Source of the DNA: Desulfobacterales bacterium
Lineage (GTDB): Bacteria; Desulfobacterota; Desulfobacteria; Desulfobacterales; JALSRD01
Assembly (NCBI GenBank): GCA_026984935.1
Contig: JALSRD010000027.1
Span: 7,161 to 71,160 of the forward strand
Reading direction: 5' to 3'
DNA: 64,000 nucleotides
Shown: piece by piece, positions 8,686 to 19,121 of the stretch
How the letters are laid out: the number at the start of each line of letters is the position of its first letter
Numbering within the stretch: position 1 is the stretch's first letter
The notes under the pieces: generated by a model
What the model saw: only the letters and a program-made list of their open reading frames with translations
What the model was told of the DNA's origin: nothing
The model's database searches: none
Position numbers and translations under genes: made by a program

Positions 8686-9174
8686 CTATTGCGGTACAGT
8701 GAAAATCCAGTCATGGTCCTTTTTTACCGCATGGCATTTAATGCAGGATTGGACTTTGCCGGATGCCATGGCTTTGCCGTTGGGCTTATATTTTACCCAG
8801 AACCAGTCTCCCGCCGCAGAGTTGTACCCCTTGACGCGATACATGGGCGTCACGGCCATGAGCGTTTTCTTGTCCTTGCCGTAATTTTCCTTGACGATGA
8901 TGGCGCCGTCGGGCATCGGCTGATGATTGCGGGCGGCCTTTAAGGCAATATCGTTGACATACAGTTTCAGATACTTGCCGTGGGGGCTCTTTCCCGGATA
9001 GATGCCCTCGCGTCCCGGCCAGTAGCTCCATTTCTGGTAAGGGTGCGTCTGCGTCATATAGGACCACAGACTGTGCGCGTCCGGGGGTGGCAGTTTCTCT
9101 GCGGCACCCGTCAGGAGCGGCAGCAGGAGTATTGCGCCGGCCAGAAACATGACGAGCATGAATGGTTTTCTCAT
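8686..9174 (-). CDS. cytochrome P460 family protein (periplasmic)
   Basis: 162 aa with a signal peptide (MRKPFMLVMFLAGAILLLPLLTGAA). It has the GAIIVKENY and DWFWVKY motifs and a single C-terminal CIKCH heme site, as in the P460 / cytochrome c'-beta family. Confidence 0.8.
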   Translation of the reverse strand: MRKPFMLVMFLAGAILLLPLLTGAAEKLPPPDAHSLWSYMTQTHPYQKWSYWPGREGIYPGKSPHGKYLKLYVNDIALKAARNHQPMPDGAIIVKENYGKDKKTLMAVTPMYRVKGYNSAAGDWFWVKYKPNGKAMASGKVQSCIKCHAVKKDHDWIFTVPQ

Positions 9175-9595
9175 CGATAACCTCCTTATTTGAGTAGGTG
9201 TGTTTTTTTCGGTCTTTGCGCTATGTGCGGGGTTGCCGCGGCCCGGTAAGGTTGTAATCCGAAATGCGGATGCACCCGGCCGCCACGACCGGATGTCATC
9301 TTAATCATTGGTCGCCGCAAAAGTCAAATCCTTACGCCCGGGCGCCGGCCGCCCGCACTTGGCGGCATGGCCGCCAAAGCAAAGCCGCGGCGGTTGGTGG
9401 AAGACCTTGCCGCACCACTCGCGCCGGTTTGGGGATTGCCTTTGTTAACTTCACGGATTGATTTGACATGCGCTTGTATTTCCTGATAACGACTATTACC
9501 GCGTGCGGCCGTCGGCCGCATCGTTCCGGCGGTCATTTGCCGGATGCGGCGCAAGAGGGGGGATTTTATCAACTTACGGCCGAAAGGAGCGAAAG

Positions 9596-10870
9596 ATGAA
9601 AAAGTTCTGCATGTCTTGCTGGATGGGAGTCGCCTGTCTCCTGCTTTTCCCGGTGCTGGCACAGGCTTCCGGGTTTCAGATCAACGAACAGGATACCAAG
9701 GCCGTCAGTATGGGCTATGCCTTTGCAGCCACGGCGGACGACCCGGCGGCGGTTTACTACAATCCGGCCGGCATTGTCCAGCTGGACGGTACGCAGGCCT
9801 CGGCGGGTGTGGCTTTGATTTACATTCCGGACATCTCCTTTAAGAGCAGCGGGACTTCGGCTTTCGGCCGCTCCGGCCGGTCCTCTGATGCGGACAACCA
9901 GAGTGTTTTCGTCCCCAATTTTTTCATCACACACAAGTTCAACGACCAGTGGAGCATGGGGCTGGGATCTTTCACCACTTACGGTTTGAGAACCGAGTGG
10001 CCGGACGATTGGGAGGGCCGTTACATCACCGGCGGCACCGATGCCGAAATCGACACCATCTCGGTCAACCCGGTGGTGGCCTTCCGGCCGATCAAACGCC
10101 TGAGCCTGTCCGCCGGGCCGGTGCTGCAGTATCTGGACGTCACCCTGAAAAACAAGAAGTTTATGGGGCCGGGGGTGCCGGATGCCGATGTGGAGCTGAG
10201 CGGCAATGACTGGGCCTGGGGATACAGCCTGGGGCTGATGTTCTGGATTAAAGACAACCTCAAGTTCGGCGCGTCCTACCACAGCGAGGTGAAGCACGGC
10301 ATCACCGGCGGTGATCTCGACCTGACCGGCACACCTTTCGGCCGCTTCGATCTGCACGACAGCGCCAGCGCCGATCTCGACCTGCCCGCCGTCACCATTC
10401 TGGGCCTGGCCTGGCATCCCGGTCCGCTGACCCTGGAATTCGACGCCCAGTGGACCCAGTGGTCTTCCTACGACAAACTGGAGGCCAAATTCAGCCGTCT
10501 GCCGACGCTCACCAGCCCTAAAAACTGGGACGACGTCTGGGCGTATCACTTCGGTGTCAATTATGCCATAAACCCGGCCTTCGAGGTGCGCGCCGGGATC
10601 ACTTACGACGACAACCCGATTCCCGATGAAACGCTGGATCCGCTGGTGCCTTCCGGTGAGCGCTGGCTCTACTCCCTGGGTGCCGGCTACCACCGCGGCA
10701 GTTTCAAGGTCGACTTCGCCTATACCTACCTGGATGACGAAGACCGCAATTTTAACAATAATGTGGGCGACTACAATCAGACCATCGCGCCCGGCCTGGG
10801 CAACATGACCGGGCAATTTGAAGATGTCTACGCGCACATCTTCATGCTGAATCTTACCTACGCCTTCTAG
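9596..10870 (+). CDS. fadL: FadL/OmpP1/TodX-family outer-membrane hydrophobic-compound transporter
   Basis: ORF 9503..10870 trimmed to ATG 9596 (MKKFCMSCWMGVACLLLFPVLAQA signal peptide). SGFQINEQDTKAVSMGYAFAATADDPAAVYYNPAG is the family N-terminal hatch motif. The protein ends in a terminal aromatic (YAF). Confidence 0.9.
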   Translation: MKKFCMSCWMGVACLLLFPVLAQASGFQINEQDTKAVSMGYAFAATADDPAAVYYNPAGIVQLDGTQASAGVALIYIPDISFKSSGTSAFGRSGRSSDADNQSVFVPNFFITHKFNDQWSMGLGSFTTYGLRTEWPDDWEGRYITGGTDAEIDTISVNPVVAFRPIKRLSLSAGPVLQYLDVTLKNKKFMGPGVPDADVELSGNDWAWGYSLGLMFWIKDNLKFGASYHSEVKHGITGGDLDLTGTPFGRFDLHDSASADLDLPAVTILGLAWHPGPLTLEFDAQWTQWSSYDKLEAKFSRLPTLTSPKNWDDVWAYHFGVNYAINPAFEVRAGITYDDNPIPDETLDPLVPSGERWLYSLGAGYHRGSFKVDFAYTYLDDEDRNFNNNVGDYNQTIAPGLGNMTGQFEDVYAHIFMLNLTYAF

Positions 10871-10883
10871 CCGGCAATTTTAC

Positions 10884-10909
10884 GGGGGCTGATGCGGTCA
10901 GCCCCCTTT
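10884..10909 (+). terminator. rho-independent terminator after fadL
   Basis: gggggctga-tgcgg-tcagccccc forms a 9-bp stem followed by ttt, 14 nt after the stop codon. Confidence 0.6.
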
Positions 10910-10944
10910 GCCCGTTGCCCGCCTATCTGTCCGTTTTTTACGTT

Positions 10945-10974
10945 TTGACAAATCCCGGCGTTACCCCCTATACT
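10945..10974 (+). promoter_or_regulatory. sigma-70-type promoter for DUF2065-queA(-tgt)
   Basis: TTGACA-N18-TATACT, about 75 nt upstream of ATG 11051. Confidence 0.4.
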
Positions 10975-11050
10975 GTTCTTTTGTGCAGCATCCGTGTGTT
11001 TTTCAACGGGGTCCACACGGACACCCGCCGGATGGGGACGGAGATACGAA

Positions 11051-11236
11051 ATGGCTTTTTTTCTGTGCGTGCTGGGGATGGTCATGATCGTGGAGGGCCT
11101 GCCCTATTTTGCCGTGCCCGAAAAAATGAAAGTCTGGATTCAGCAGGTCCTGGAGATGCCCACACGGGTACTGCGGGCTTTTGGATTGATCCTGATGGCG
11201 GCGGGCCTGGTGCTGATCTATATCGGGAGAAATTAA
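11051..11236 (+). CDS. DUF2065 small membrane protein
   Basis: ATG 11051 follows a ggag SD. The 61-aa product MAFFLCVLGMVMIVEGLPYFAVPEKMKVWIQQVLEMP...LILMAAGLVLIY has two TM helices and the EGLPYF motif typical of DUF2065. Confidence 0.7.
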   Translation: MAFFLCVLGMVMIVEGLPYFAVPEKMKVWIQQVLEMPTRVLRAFGLILMAAGLVLIYIGRN

Positions 11237-11239
11237 GGT

Positions 11240-12301
11240 TTGTTTGCCGTTTCCAGTTATCACTACGACCTGCCTGCCGACCGGATTGCCCAGAAGCCGG
11301 TCCGGCAGCGGGAGAGCTCGCGGCTCATGGTTTTCGAGCGCGGCAGCGGTGTGCTGCGGCATGCCGCCTTCGCAGATATCGCACAACTGCTGGGGACCGG
11401 CGACCTGCTGGTGATCAATGACACGGCGGTGATTCCCGGCCGGCTTTTCGGGCGCAAGGCCAGCGGCGGCCGGGTGGAAGTGCTGCTGCTGGATTTCGCC
11501 GGTGCGTGTGAAAGCTGTCGGCCGGGCAGCGCTTTCGTCTGCCCCTGCCTGGTCAAGGCTTCCAAGCCGCTGAAAAAAGGCGCGCAGCTGCTGTTTGAAA
11601 AGGACGTTACCGCCACGGTTATCGACGGTGGCGAGGGGCGCTACACGCTGGCTTTCGATTGTGTGGGTGCTTTCGAAACATACCTGCAGCACATCGGTAG
11701 TGTGCCGCTGCCGCCGTACATCAAGCGCCGCGGCGGACGATCACTGCCGGCAGACCGCGGCGCCTACCAGACGGTTTATGCCGCCACACCGGGCGCTATT
11801 GCGGCTCCCACGGCCGGGCTGCATTTTTCCATTGAACTGCTGGACCGGCTGCGGGCCCGGGGCGTCGAAATCGTTGCCATCACGCTGCATGTGGGTTACG
11901 GCACCTTTGCGCCGGTGCGGGTTTCCGATATCCGGCACCACAGGATGCACGCCGAACGGTTCCACATCTCGAATGCTGCCGCTGACCGCCTCAACAGGGC
12001 CAGGACGCAACAGAAACGCATCGTGGCCGTGGGAACCACCTGCGTGCGGGTGCTGGAATATGCCGTCGACGGCCATGGCCGCATCGCTTCCGGCAGCGGG
12101 CAGTGTGACCTGTTCATCTATCCCGGCTACGACTTTCGCATGGTCGATGCCATGATCACCAATTTTCACCTGCCGCGATCCACCCTGCTGATGCTGGTGG
12201 CTGCCTTTGCAGGCCGCCAAGAAGTGCTGGCCGCCTACCGGGAGGCCATTGACAGGGGATACCGTTTTTACAGTTACGGCGATGCCATGCTGATCTGCTG
12301 A
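11240..12301 (+). CDS. queA: S-adenosylmethionine:tRNA ribosyltransferase-isomerase
   Basis: N-terminal YHYDLPADRIAQKPVRQRESSRLMV plus C-terminal ITNFHLPRSTLLMLVAAF and YRFYSYGDAMLI are QueA signatures. The start is TTG at 11240. Confidence 0.93.
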   Translation: MFAVSSYHYDLPADRIAQKPVRQRESSRLMVFERGSGVLRHAAFADIAQLLGTGDLLVINDTAVIPGRLFGRKASGGRVEVLLLDFAGACESCRPGSAFVCPCLVKASKPLKKGAQLLFEKDVTATVIDGGEGRYTLAFDCVGAFETYLQHIGSVPLPPYIKRRGGRSLPADRGAYQTVYAATPGAIAAPTAGLHFSIELLDRLRARGVEIVAITLHVGYGTFAPVRVSDIRHHRMHAERFHISNAAADRLNRARTQQKRIVAVGTTCVRVLEYAVDGHGRIASGSGQCDLFIYPGYDFRMVDAMITNFHLPRSTLLMLVAAFAGRQEVLAAYREAIDRGYRFYSYGDAMLIC

Positions 12302-12462
12302 AGTTTTTCCCGGGCATTAACAGCCGGCGGCAGGAACGATAAACTCCCCAAAAGTCGGTTCCCGGCGGATTTCAAGACTTTTCTTCGAAATGCGCTATGC
12401 GGGGTTGCGCAAGCGGCAGGTCCGAACCTTCTACGAAAGCATCAATGATGATACAGGGGTGA

Positions 12463-13620
<1,158 letters not shown>

Positions 13621-13744
13621 ATTTTGAACGGACGCTACAAAAGGAGGTGCACGATCCGTTTTCGTCCTTATATTGATGAATGAGCGGCCGTACAACGGGT
13701 GCTGGAAGCTCGGTTTTTTATCTTTGTGCTGAGGAGAAGACGAC

Positions 13745-13966
13745 ATGAAAGAGCAAGTGATGCAGGTGCTGGATAAAATCAGGCCCTCGCTGCAGGCCGA
13801 CGGCGGGGATGTGGAGCTTATCGACGTTGTGGACGGCGTGGTGACCGTACGGCTGCAGGGCGCCTGTGCCGGCTGCCCCATGTCCCAGATGACGCTGCGA
13901 AACGGCATCGAGCGGCTGTTGAAGCAGGAGATTCCCGAGGTCAAATCGGTTGAGCCTGCAAGCTGA
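13745..13966 (+). CDS. NifU C-terminal-domain-like Fe-S assembly protein
   Basis: 73 aa: IRPSLQADGGDVELIDVVDGVVTVRLQGACAGCPMSQMTL, containing the CxxC NifU-like motif. Confidence 0.85.
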   Translation: MKEQVMQVLDKIRPSLQADGGDVELIDVVDGVVTVRLQGACAGCPMSQMTLRNGIERLLKQEIPEVKSVEPAS

Positions 13967-14111
13967 GAGCCGGCTCGCTGTGCAAAAAATGGTGCCATGG
14001 GGCCATAATCACTCTTGAATTTTATGGCCAATCTGCCTATCAATGTCCCTGATCGGTATTTTCGGGAAAGATATCGCTGGTGATACAGCTTCACGGACAG
14101 GAGGCAGATGG

Positions 14112-15302
14112 ATGACCGTTGCCAGAAAAATCAGCGGATTTATCGAGAAATCGTCCTGGATCCGCCAGATGTTCGAAGAGGGCGCGCGCCTCAAAGCGCA
14201 GTACGGAGCGGAACGTGTTTTCGATTTCAGCCTGGGCAACCCCAATCTGCCGCCGCCGGCCAAATTCGACGAAGTGCTGCGCGATGCGGTGGATTCCTGC
14301 GGCCTCGACGGGCACTGCTACATGCCCCAGGCCGGTTACCCGCAGGTTTGCGCATCCATAGCAGACTATCTGGCACAGGAGCAGGGCATCACCATCGAGG
14401 CGCACGAGATCATCATGACCTGTGGCGCCGCCGGGGCCTTGAACGTGATCCTGAAGGCCATCCTGGATCCCGGTGACGAAGTGCTGTCGCCGGCGCCCTG
14501 TTTCGTGGAATACCGTTTCTACACGGACAACCACGGCGGGGTTTTCAAGACCGTTCCCACCCGGCCCGATTTTACACTGGACATAGCGGCCATCGCCGAT
14601 TCCATCGGCGAGAAAACCAAGGCCCTGCTCATCAATTCCCCCAACAACCCCACCGGCCAGGTGTACGATGAAAAAAGCCTGCACGCCATAGGGGAGCTTC
14701 TGGCCGCCAAGAGCCGCGAACTGGGCCGTACCATCTACCTGATTTCGGACGAGCCTTACCGCAAGATCGTGTTCGACGATGTGACCGTGCCCAGCGTTTT
14801 CCACGCCTACCCGGACAGTATCATCGCCACATCCTATTCCAAGGACATCTCCATTCCCGGTGAACGCATCGGGTTCGCCGCTGTCAACCCGGCCGCCACC
14901 TACCGGGATGATCTGCTGGCGGGCATGACGCTGGCCAACCGTATCCTGGGGTATGTCAATGCCCCGGCCCTGATGCAGCGCGTAGTGGCCTGCCTGCAGG
15001 GCATGAGCGTGGACATATCCGCCTATGCCCGCAAGCGGGACCTTTTGTGTGACGGCCTGTCGGATTGCGGATATGAATTCACGCGGCCCGCCGGTGCGTT
15101 TTACCTGTTCCCCAAAAGTCCCGTCGAAGACGACGTGGCTTTCGTCCGCGCCCTGCAGGAGGAGCTGATCCTGGTGGTGCCCGGCAGCGGGTTCGAAGGC
15201 CCCGGTCATTTCCGGATCGCCTTCTGCGTCGATGATGACACCATCGTCAACGCCATGCCGGGTTTCCGGCGGGCCTTGTCGAAGCAAAAGCCAAAAGGAT
15301 AG
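14112..15302 (+). CDS. class I/II PLP-dependent aminotransferase (AlaA/AspC-like)
   Basis: ATG 14112 gives 396 aa; GTG/ATG at 14043 is possible. It has an N-terminal IRQMFEEGARLKAQYG segment, INSPNNPTG and the SYSKDISIPGERIG PLP-lysine motif. Confidence 0.88.
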   Translation: MTVARKISGFIEKSSWIRQMFEEGARLKAQYGAERVFDFSLGNPNLPPPAKFDEVLRDAVDSCGLDGHCYMPQAGYPQVCASIADYLAQEQGITIEAHEIIMTCGAAGALNVILKAILDPGDEVLSPAPCFVEYRFYTDNHGGVFKTVPTRPDFTLDIAAIADSIGEKTKALLINSPNNPTGQVYDEKSLHAIGELLAAKSRELGRTIYLISDEPYRKIVFDDVTVPSVFHAYPDSIIATSYSKDISIPGERIGFAAVNPAATYRDDLLAGMTLANRILGYVNAPALMQRVVACLQGMSVDISAYARKRDLLCDGLSDCGYEFTRPAGAFYLFPKSPVEDDVAFVRALQEELILVVPGSGFEGPGHFRIAFCVDDDTIVNAMPGFRRALSKQKPKG

Positions 15303-15347
15303 TGCCGACCGGTTTGAAACCCCAATAACGCCCACAGGGAGGGAGTA

Positions 15348-15752
15348 ATGAAAATTTTGAAAATCGATCACCTGGGCATTGCCGTTAAGGACATGCAGGC
15401 CGGCAAGGCCTTCTGGTCCGACATCCTGGGCCTGGCCTTCGAGGGTGAAGAGACCGTTGCCGAGCAGAAGGTGACCACCGGCTTTTTTCCGGTGGGGGAA
15501 AGCGAGGTGGAACTGCTGGAATCCACCGCACCCGACGGGCCGGTGGCCAGGTACATCGAAAAAAAAGGCGAGGGCCTCCAGCACGTAGCCTTTCGTGTGG
15601 ATGACATCGAGGCGGCCTTGAGCGAACTTAAAGCCAAGGGGGTACGCCTGATCGATGAAAAGCCGCGCATCGGGGCCGGCGGCGCCAAGATCGCCTTTCT
15701 GCACCCCAAGTCGACCCACGGCGTACTGGTGGAACTCTGCCAGCGTTCCTGA
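15348..15752 (+). CDS. mce: methylmalonyl-CoA epimerase (VOC/glyoxalase fold)
   Basis: 134 aa with KIDHLGIAVKD...GLQHVAFRVDDI...IAFLHPKSTHGVLVEL, located next to the mutase gene. Confidence 0.88.
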   Translation: MKILKIDHLGIAVKDMQAGKAFWSDILGLAFEGEETVAEQKVTTGFFPVGESEVELLESTAPDGPVARYIEKKGEGLQHVAFRVDDIEAALSELKAKGVRLIDEKPRIGAGGAKIAFLHPKSTHGVLVELCQRS

Positions 15753-15875
15753 AACCGGCTGCAGGTTCCCCGAAACGCCCGTGATCGAAACGGGCGGCCG
15801 CCGGCGGCTGCCGGGCCGGGCGTTGCCGCAGGGACATCGCCGCAACTGACTTTCAAAAACAAAAAGGAGTGCACC

Positions 15876-18002
15876 ATGTCCGAACATCCCGACCTCCAAA
15901 AATGGAAAGATCTGGCCACCAAGCAGCTCAGGGGCCGGCCGCTGGAAGACCTGGATTGGAAAACCCCCGAGGGGATTGCGGTCAAGCCGTTGTACACCGC
16001 CGAAGATTTGGAAGCCATGGAGCACGTCAACACGCTGCCGGGATTTGCACCCTATGTACGCGGTCCCATGGCAACCATGTACGCCGGACGGCCCTGGACC
16101 ATCCGTCAGTATGCCGGGTTTTCGACGGCCAGGGAGTCCAACGCCTTTTACCGCCGCAACCTGGCCGCCGGGCAAAAAGGCCTGTCGGTGGCTTTTGACC
16201 TTGCGACCCACCGGGGCTATGATTCGGACCATCCACGAGTGGTGGGTGATATCGGCAAGGCCGGCGTGGCCATCGATTCCGTGGAAGACATGAAGATCCT
16301 CTTCGACCAGATCCCGTTGGACCAGATGAGTGTTTCCATGACCATGAACGGTGCCGTGCTGCCGATCATGGCCGGATACGTCGTGGCCGCCGAGGAACAG
16401 GGCGTCAAACAGGAGCAGCTGACCGGCACCATCCAGAACGACATTCTCAAGGAATACCTGACGCGCAACACCTACATTTATCCGCCCGAACCTTCCATGC
16501 GCATCGTTTCGGACATCATCGCCTATTGCTCTCAGCACATGCCCAAGTTCAACACCGTCAGCATCAGCGGCTACCACATGATGGAAGCCGGGGCCAATTC
16601 CGTCCTGCAGACCGCTTTTACCCTGGCTGACGGGCTGGAGTACGTGCGTGCGGCGTTGCAAAGTGGTTTGAAGATCGATGATTTTGCACCGCGGCTGTCG
16701 TTTTTCTTCGGCGTGGGGATGAACTTCTTCATGGAAATCGCCATGCTGCGCGCCGCCCGTTTCCTGTGGCACGAACTGATGAGCCAGTTCGACCCCAAAA
16801 ATCCGCGTTCCAGCATGCTGCGCACCCACGTTCAGACATCGGGCTGGAGCCTGACCGAACAGGATCCCTACAACAACATCATCCGCACCACGCTGGAAGC
16901 GCTGGCCGCGGCCCTGGGCGGCACGCAGTCGCTGCACACGAATTCCTTTGACGAGGCTGTGGGCCTGCCCACCGATTTTTCGGCGCGCATCGCCAGAAAC
17001 ACCCAGATCATCATCCAGGAGGAGTCGCAGATTTGCCACGTGGTCGATCCTTTGGGCGGCTCCTACTATGTCGAGGCCCTGACCGACGGCATCATTCGCG
17101 AGTCGCGCAAGATCATCCAGGAGGTCGAATCCCTGGGCGGCATGGCCAAGGCCATTGAAACCGGCATGCCCAAACTGAGGATCGAAGAGTCCGCGGCCCG
17201 CAAGCAGGCGCGCATCGACCAGGGGCTGGACGTCATCGTGGGGGTCAACAAGTACCAGATCGAAGAGGAACCCTTAAAGGACGTGCTGGAGGTTTCCGAG
17301 GCCGTGCGCGACGAACAGATCCAGCGGCTTGCGGAAATCCGGGCCCGCCGCGATAGCGCCGCCGTGCAGCAGGCGCTGGCCGCCGTTACGCACGCGGCCG
17401 AATCGGGGGGCAACCTGCTGGAAGCCTGCATTCCGGCGGTGCGTGCCCGGGCCACGGTGGGGGAGATTTCCGATGCCATGGAAAAGGTATTCGGCCGGTT
17501 TACCGCCGCGACCCGCTGTATTTCCGGCGCCTATGCCTCGGAATTCGTCGACCAGTCGATCATCGAGGCTTTCAGAGAGCGCACCGCCGCCTTCGAGCGC
17601 CGAAAGGGCCGTCGTCCGAGGATACTGGTGACCAAAATGGGCCAGGACGGCCATGACCGCGGCATCAAAGTGGTTGCCACGGCCTATGCGGATCTGGGCT
17701 TCGACGTGGACATCAGCCCCATGTTCCAGACCCCGGAAGAGGCAGCCAAAATGGCCGTCGAGAACGACGTTCACCTGGTGGGTGTTTCCAGCCTGGCGGC
17801 CGGCCACAGGACGCTGGTGCCCCAGCTTGTCGCGGCTCTGAAAAAAGCCGGTGGTGGGGATATCCTGGTCGTGGTCGGCGGCGTCATTCCGCCGTCTGAT
17901 TACGAATTTCTAATAAGCTGCGGCGCAGTAGGCGTTTTCGGCCCCGGTACGCCCATCACCGAATCGGCCGGCAAGGTGCTGGATATCCTGGAAAACAGAT
18001 AG
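15876..18002 (+). CDS. methylmalonyl-CoA mutase, single-chain form (catalytic TIM barrel plus C-terminal B12-binding domain)
   Basis: 708 aa. It contains [30 protein letters not shown] and the C-terminal [15 protein letters not shown] cobalamin-binding DxHxxG motif. Confidence 0.95.
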   Translation: MSEHPDLQKWKDLATKQLRGRPLEDLDWKTPEGIAVKPLYTAEDLEAMEHVNTLPGFAPYVRGPMATMYAGRPWTIRQYAGFSTARESNAFYRRNLAAGQKGLSVAFDLATHRGYDSDHPRVVGDIGKAGVAIDSVEDMKILFDQIPLDQMSVSMTMNGAVLPIMAGYVVAAEEQGVKQEQLTGTIQNDILKEYLTRNTYIYPPEPSMRIVSDIIAYCSQHMPKFNTVSISGYHMMEAGANSVLQTAFTLADGLEYVRAALQSGLKIDDFAPRLSFFFGVGMNFFMEIAMLRAARFLWHELMSQFDPKNPRSSMLRTHVQTSGWSLTEQDPYNNIIRTTLEALAAALGGTQSLHTNSFDEAVGLPTDFSARIARNTQIIIQEESQICHVVDPLGGSYYVEALTDGIIRESRKIIQEVESLGGMAKAIETGMPKLRIEESAARKQARIDQGLDVIVGVNKYQIEEEPLKDVLEVSEAVRDEQIQRLAEIRARRDSAAVQQALAAVTHAAESGGNLLEACIPAVRARATVGEISDAMEKVFGRFTAATRCISGAYASEFVDQSIIEAFRERTAAFERRKGRRPRILVTKMGQDGHDRGIKVVATAYADLGFDVDISPMFQTPEEAAKMAVENDVHLVGVSSLAAGHRTLVPQLVAALKKAGGGDILVVVGGVIPPSDYEFLISCGAVGVFGPGTPITESAGKVLDILENR

Positions 18003-18008
18003 ACTCCC

Positions 18009-19001
18009 ATGGTGGACAGTAGTGTGCAGGATTTCCTTGATGGTATTCGCCGTGCAGACCGGCGTGTGCTGGCCCGGGCCATTACCCTGATCGAGAGCTC
18101 CCTTCCGGACCATCAGGAAGCTGCTGCCGGGATTTTGCAGGCCCTGCTGCCGGAAACCGGAGGCGCTGTCCGGCTGGGCATCAGCGGCGTGCCCGGCGTC
18201 GGCAAGAGCACGTTTATCGAGAGCCTCGGCAGCCTGCTGGTGAAAAAGGGCCACCGGATTGCGGTGTTGGCCGTCGATCCCAGCAGCGGCCGCAGCGGCG
18301 GCAGCGTCATGGCGGACAAGACCCGCATGGAGCGACTCTCAGTCGCAGAAAACGTCTTTATCCGGCCCTCGCCGTCCGGCGGTACGCTGGGCGGCGTGGC
18401 GCGCATGACACGCGAGACCATGCTGCTGTGCGAGGCCGCCGGCTTCGATGTCGTCATCGTGGAAACCGTGGGCGTCGGCCAGTCGGAAACCGCGGTTTGC
18501 GGCATGGTGGATTTTTTCCTGGTGCTCATGCTCGCCGGCGCCGGCGATGCGTTGCAGGGTATCAAAAGGGGCATCCTGGAGCTTGCCGATGCCGTGGCCG
18601 TCAACAAGGCCGACGGCCGCAACGTCGGACCGGCCACCCGGGCCAGGAAAACCTATGAGCGGGCACTGCGCCTGTTAAACCCTCCGGCTGCCGGATGGAA
18701 ACCGCCGGTATTGACCTGCAGCGCCGCCACCGGGGCCGGGATCGAAAAAATCTGGCAGACCGTGCTGGATCACCACCGCCGGCTGCAGGCATCCGGAGAA
18801 CTCGAAAAGCGGCGCCGGTATCAGGCGCTGGAGTGGATGGAATCGCTGGTGGCAGAAGGGCTTCAGGAGCGCTTCTGCCGGCACCCGGGGATCCGCCGCA
18901 AGCTTCCCGAAGTGTCCGACCAGGTGCGCCGCGGCCGGCTGACCCCCATGGCGGCGGCCGATGAGCTGCTTTTTTTGCTTGACAAAAGTGCGAAGTTTTA
19001 A
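18009..19001 (+). CDS. meaB: methylmalonyl-CoA mutase-associated G-protein chaperone
   Basis: Contains LARAITLIES, the P-loop GVPGVGKST, and VNKAD. Confidence 0.92.
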   Translation: MVDSSVQDFLDGIRRADRRVLARAITLIESSLPDHQEAAAGILQALLPETGGAVRLGISGVPGVGKSTFIESLGSLLVKKGHRIAVLAVDPSSGRSGGSVMADKTRMERLSVAENVFIRPSPSGGTLGGVARMTRETMLLCEAAGFDVVIVETVGVGQSETAVCGMVDFFLVLMLAGAGDALQGIKRGILELADAVAVNKADGRNVGPATRARKTYERALRLLNPPAAGWKPPVLTCSAATGAGIEKIWQTVLDHHRRLQASGELEKRRRYQALEWMESLVAEGLQERFCRHPGIRRKLPEVSDQVRRGRLTPMAAADELLFLLDKSAKF

Positions 19002-19121
19002 GATAGGCTATAGGCTTATTTTTCAGGCAGTTGAGTTGCAAGTTTGCAACGACCGGCTGGCGAGAGTTTTCTGTTTACGAACATTTCCGAATAAAGCACT
19101 GGGTGAAAGGAACGGAAAATC

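Noticed and set aside
9266-9280. A 12-nt match (gcggatgcaccc) to module 2 of the dispersed repeat
   Set aside because: Only the 12-mer is shared and the flanks do not align. A chance match of this length is plausible given the size of the window and the repeat.
14091-17039. A 982-aa stop-free minus-strand ORF spanning the aminotransferase, epimerase and mutase genes
   Set aside because: It is antisense to three well-supported genes with clear family motifs. It also runs straight through two intergenic regions. Its product is low-complexity G/H/R/V/D-rich with no recognisable motif. Long antisense frames are expected in high-GC coding DNA.
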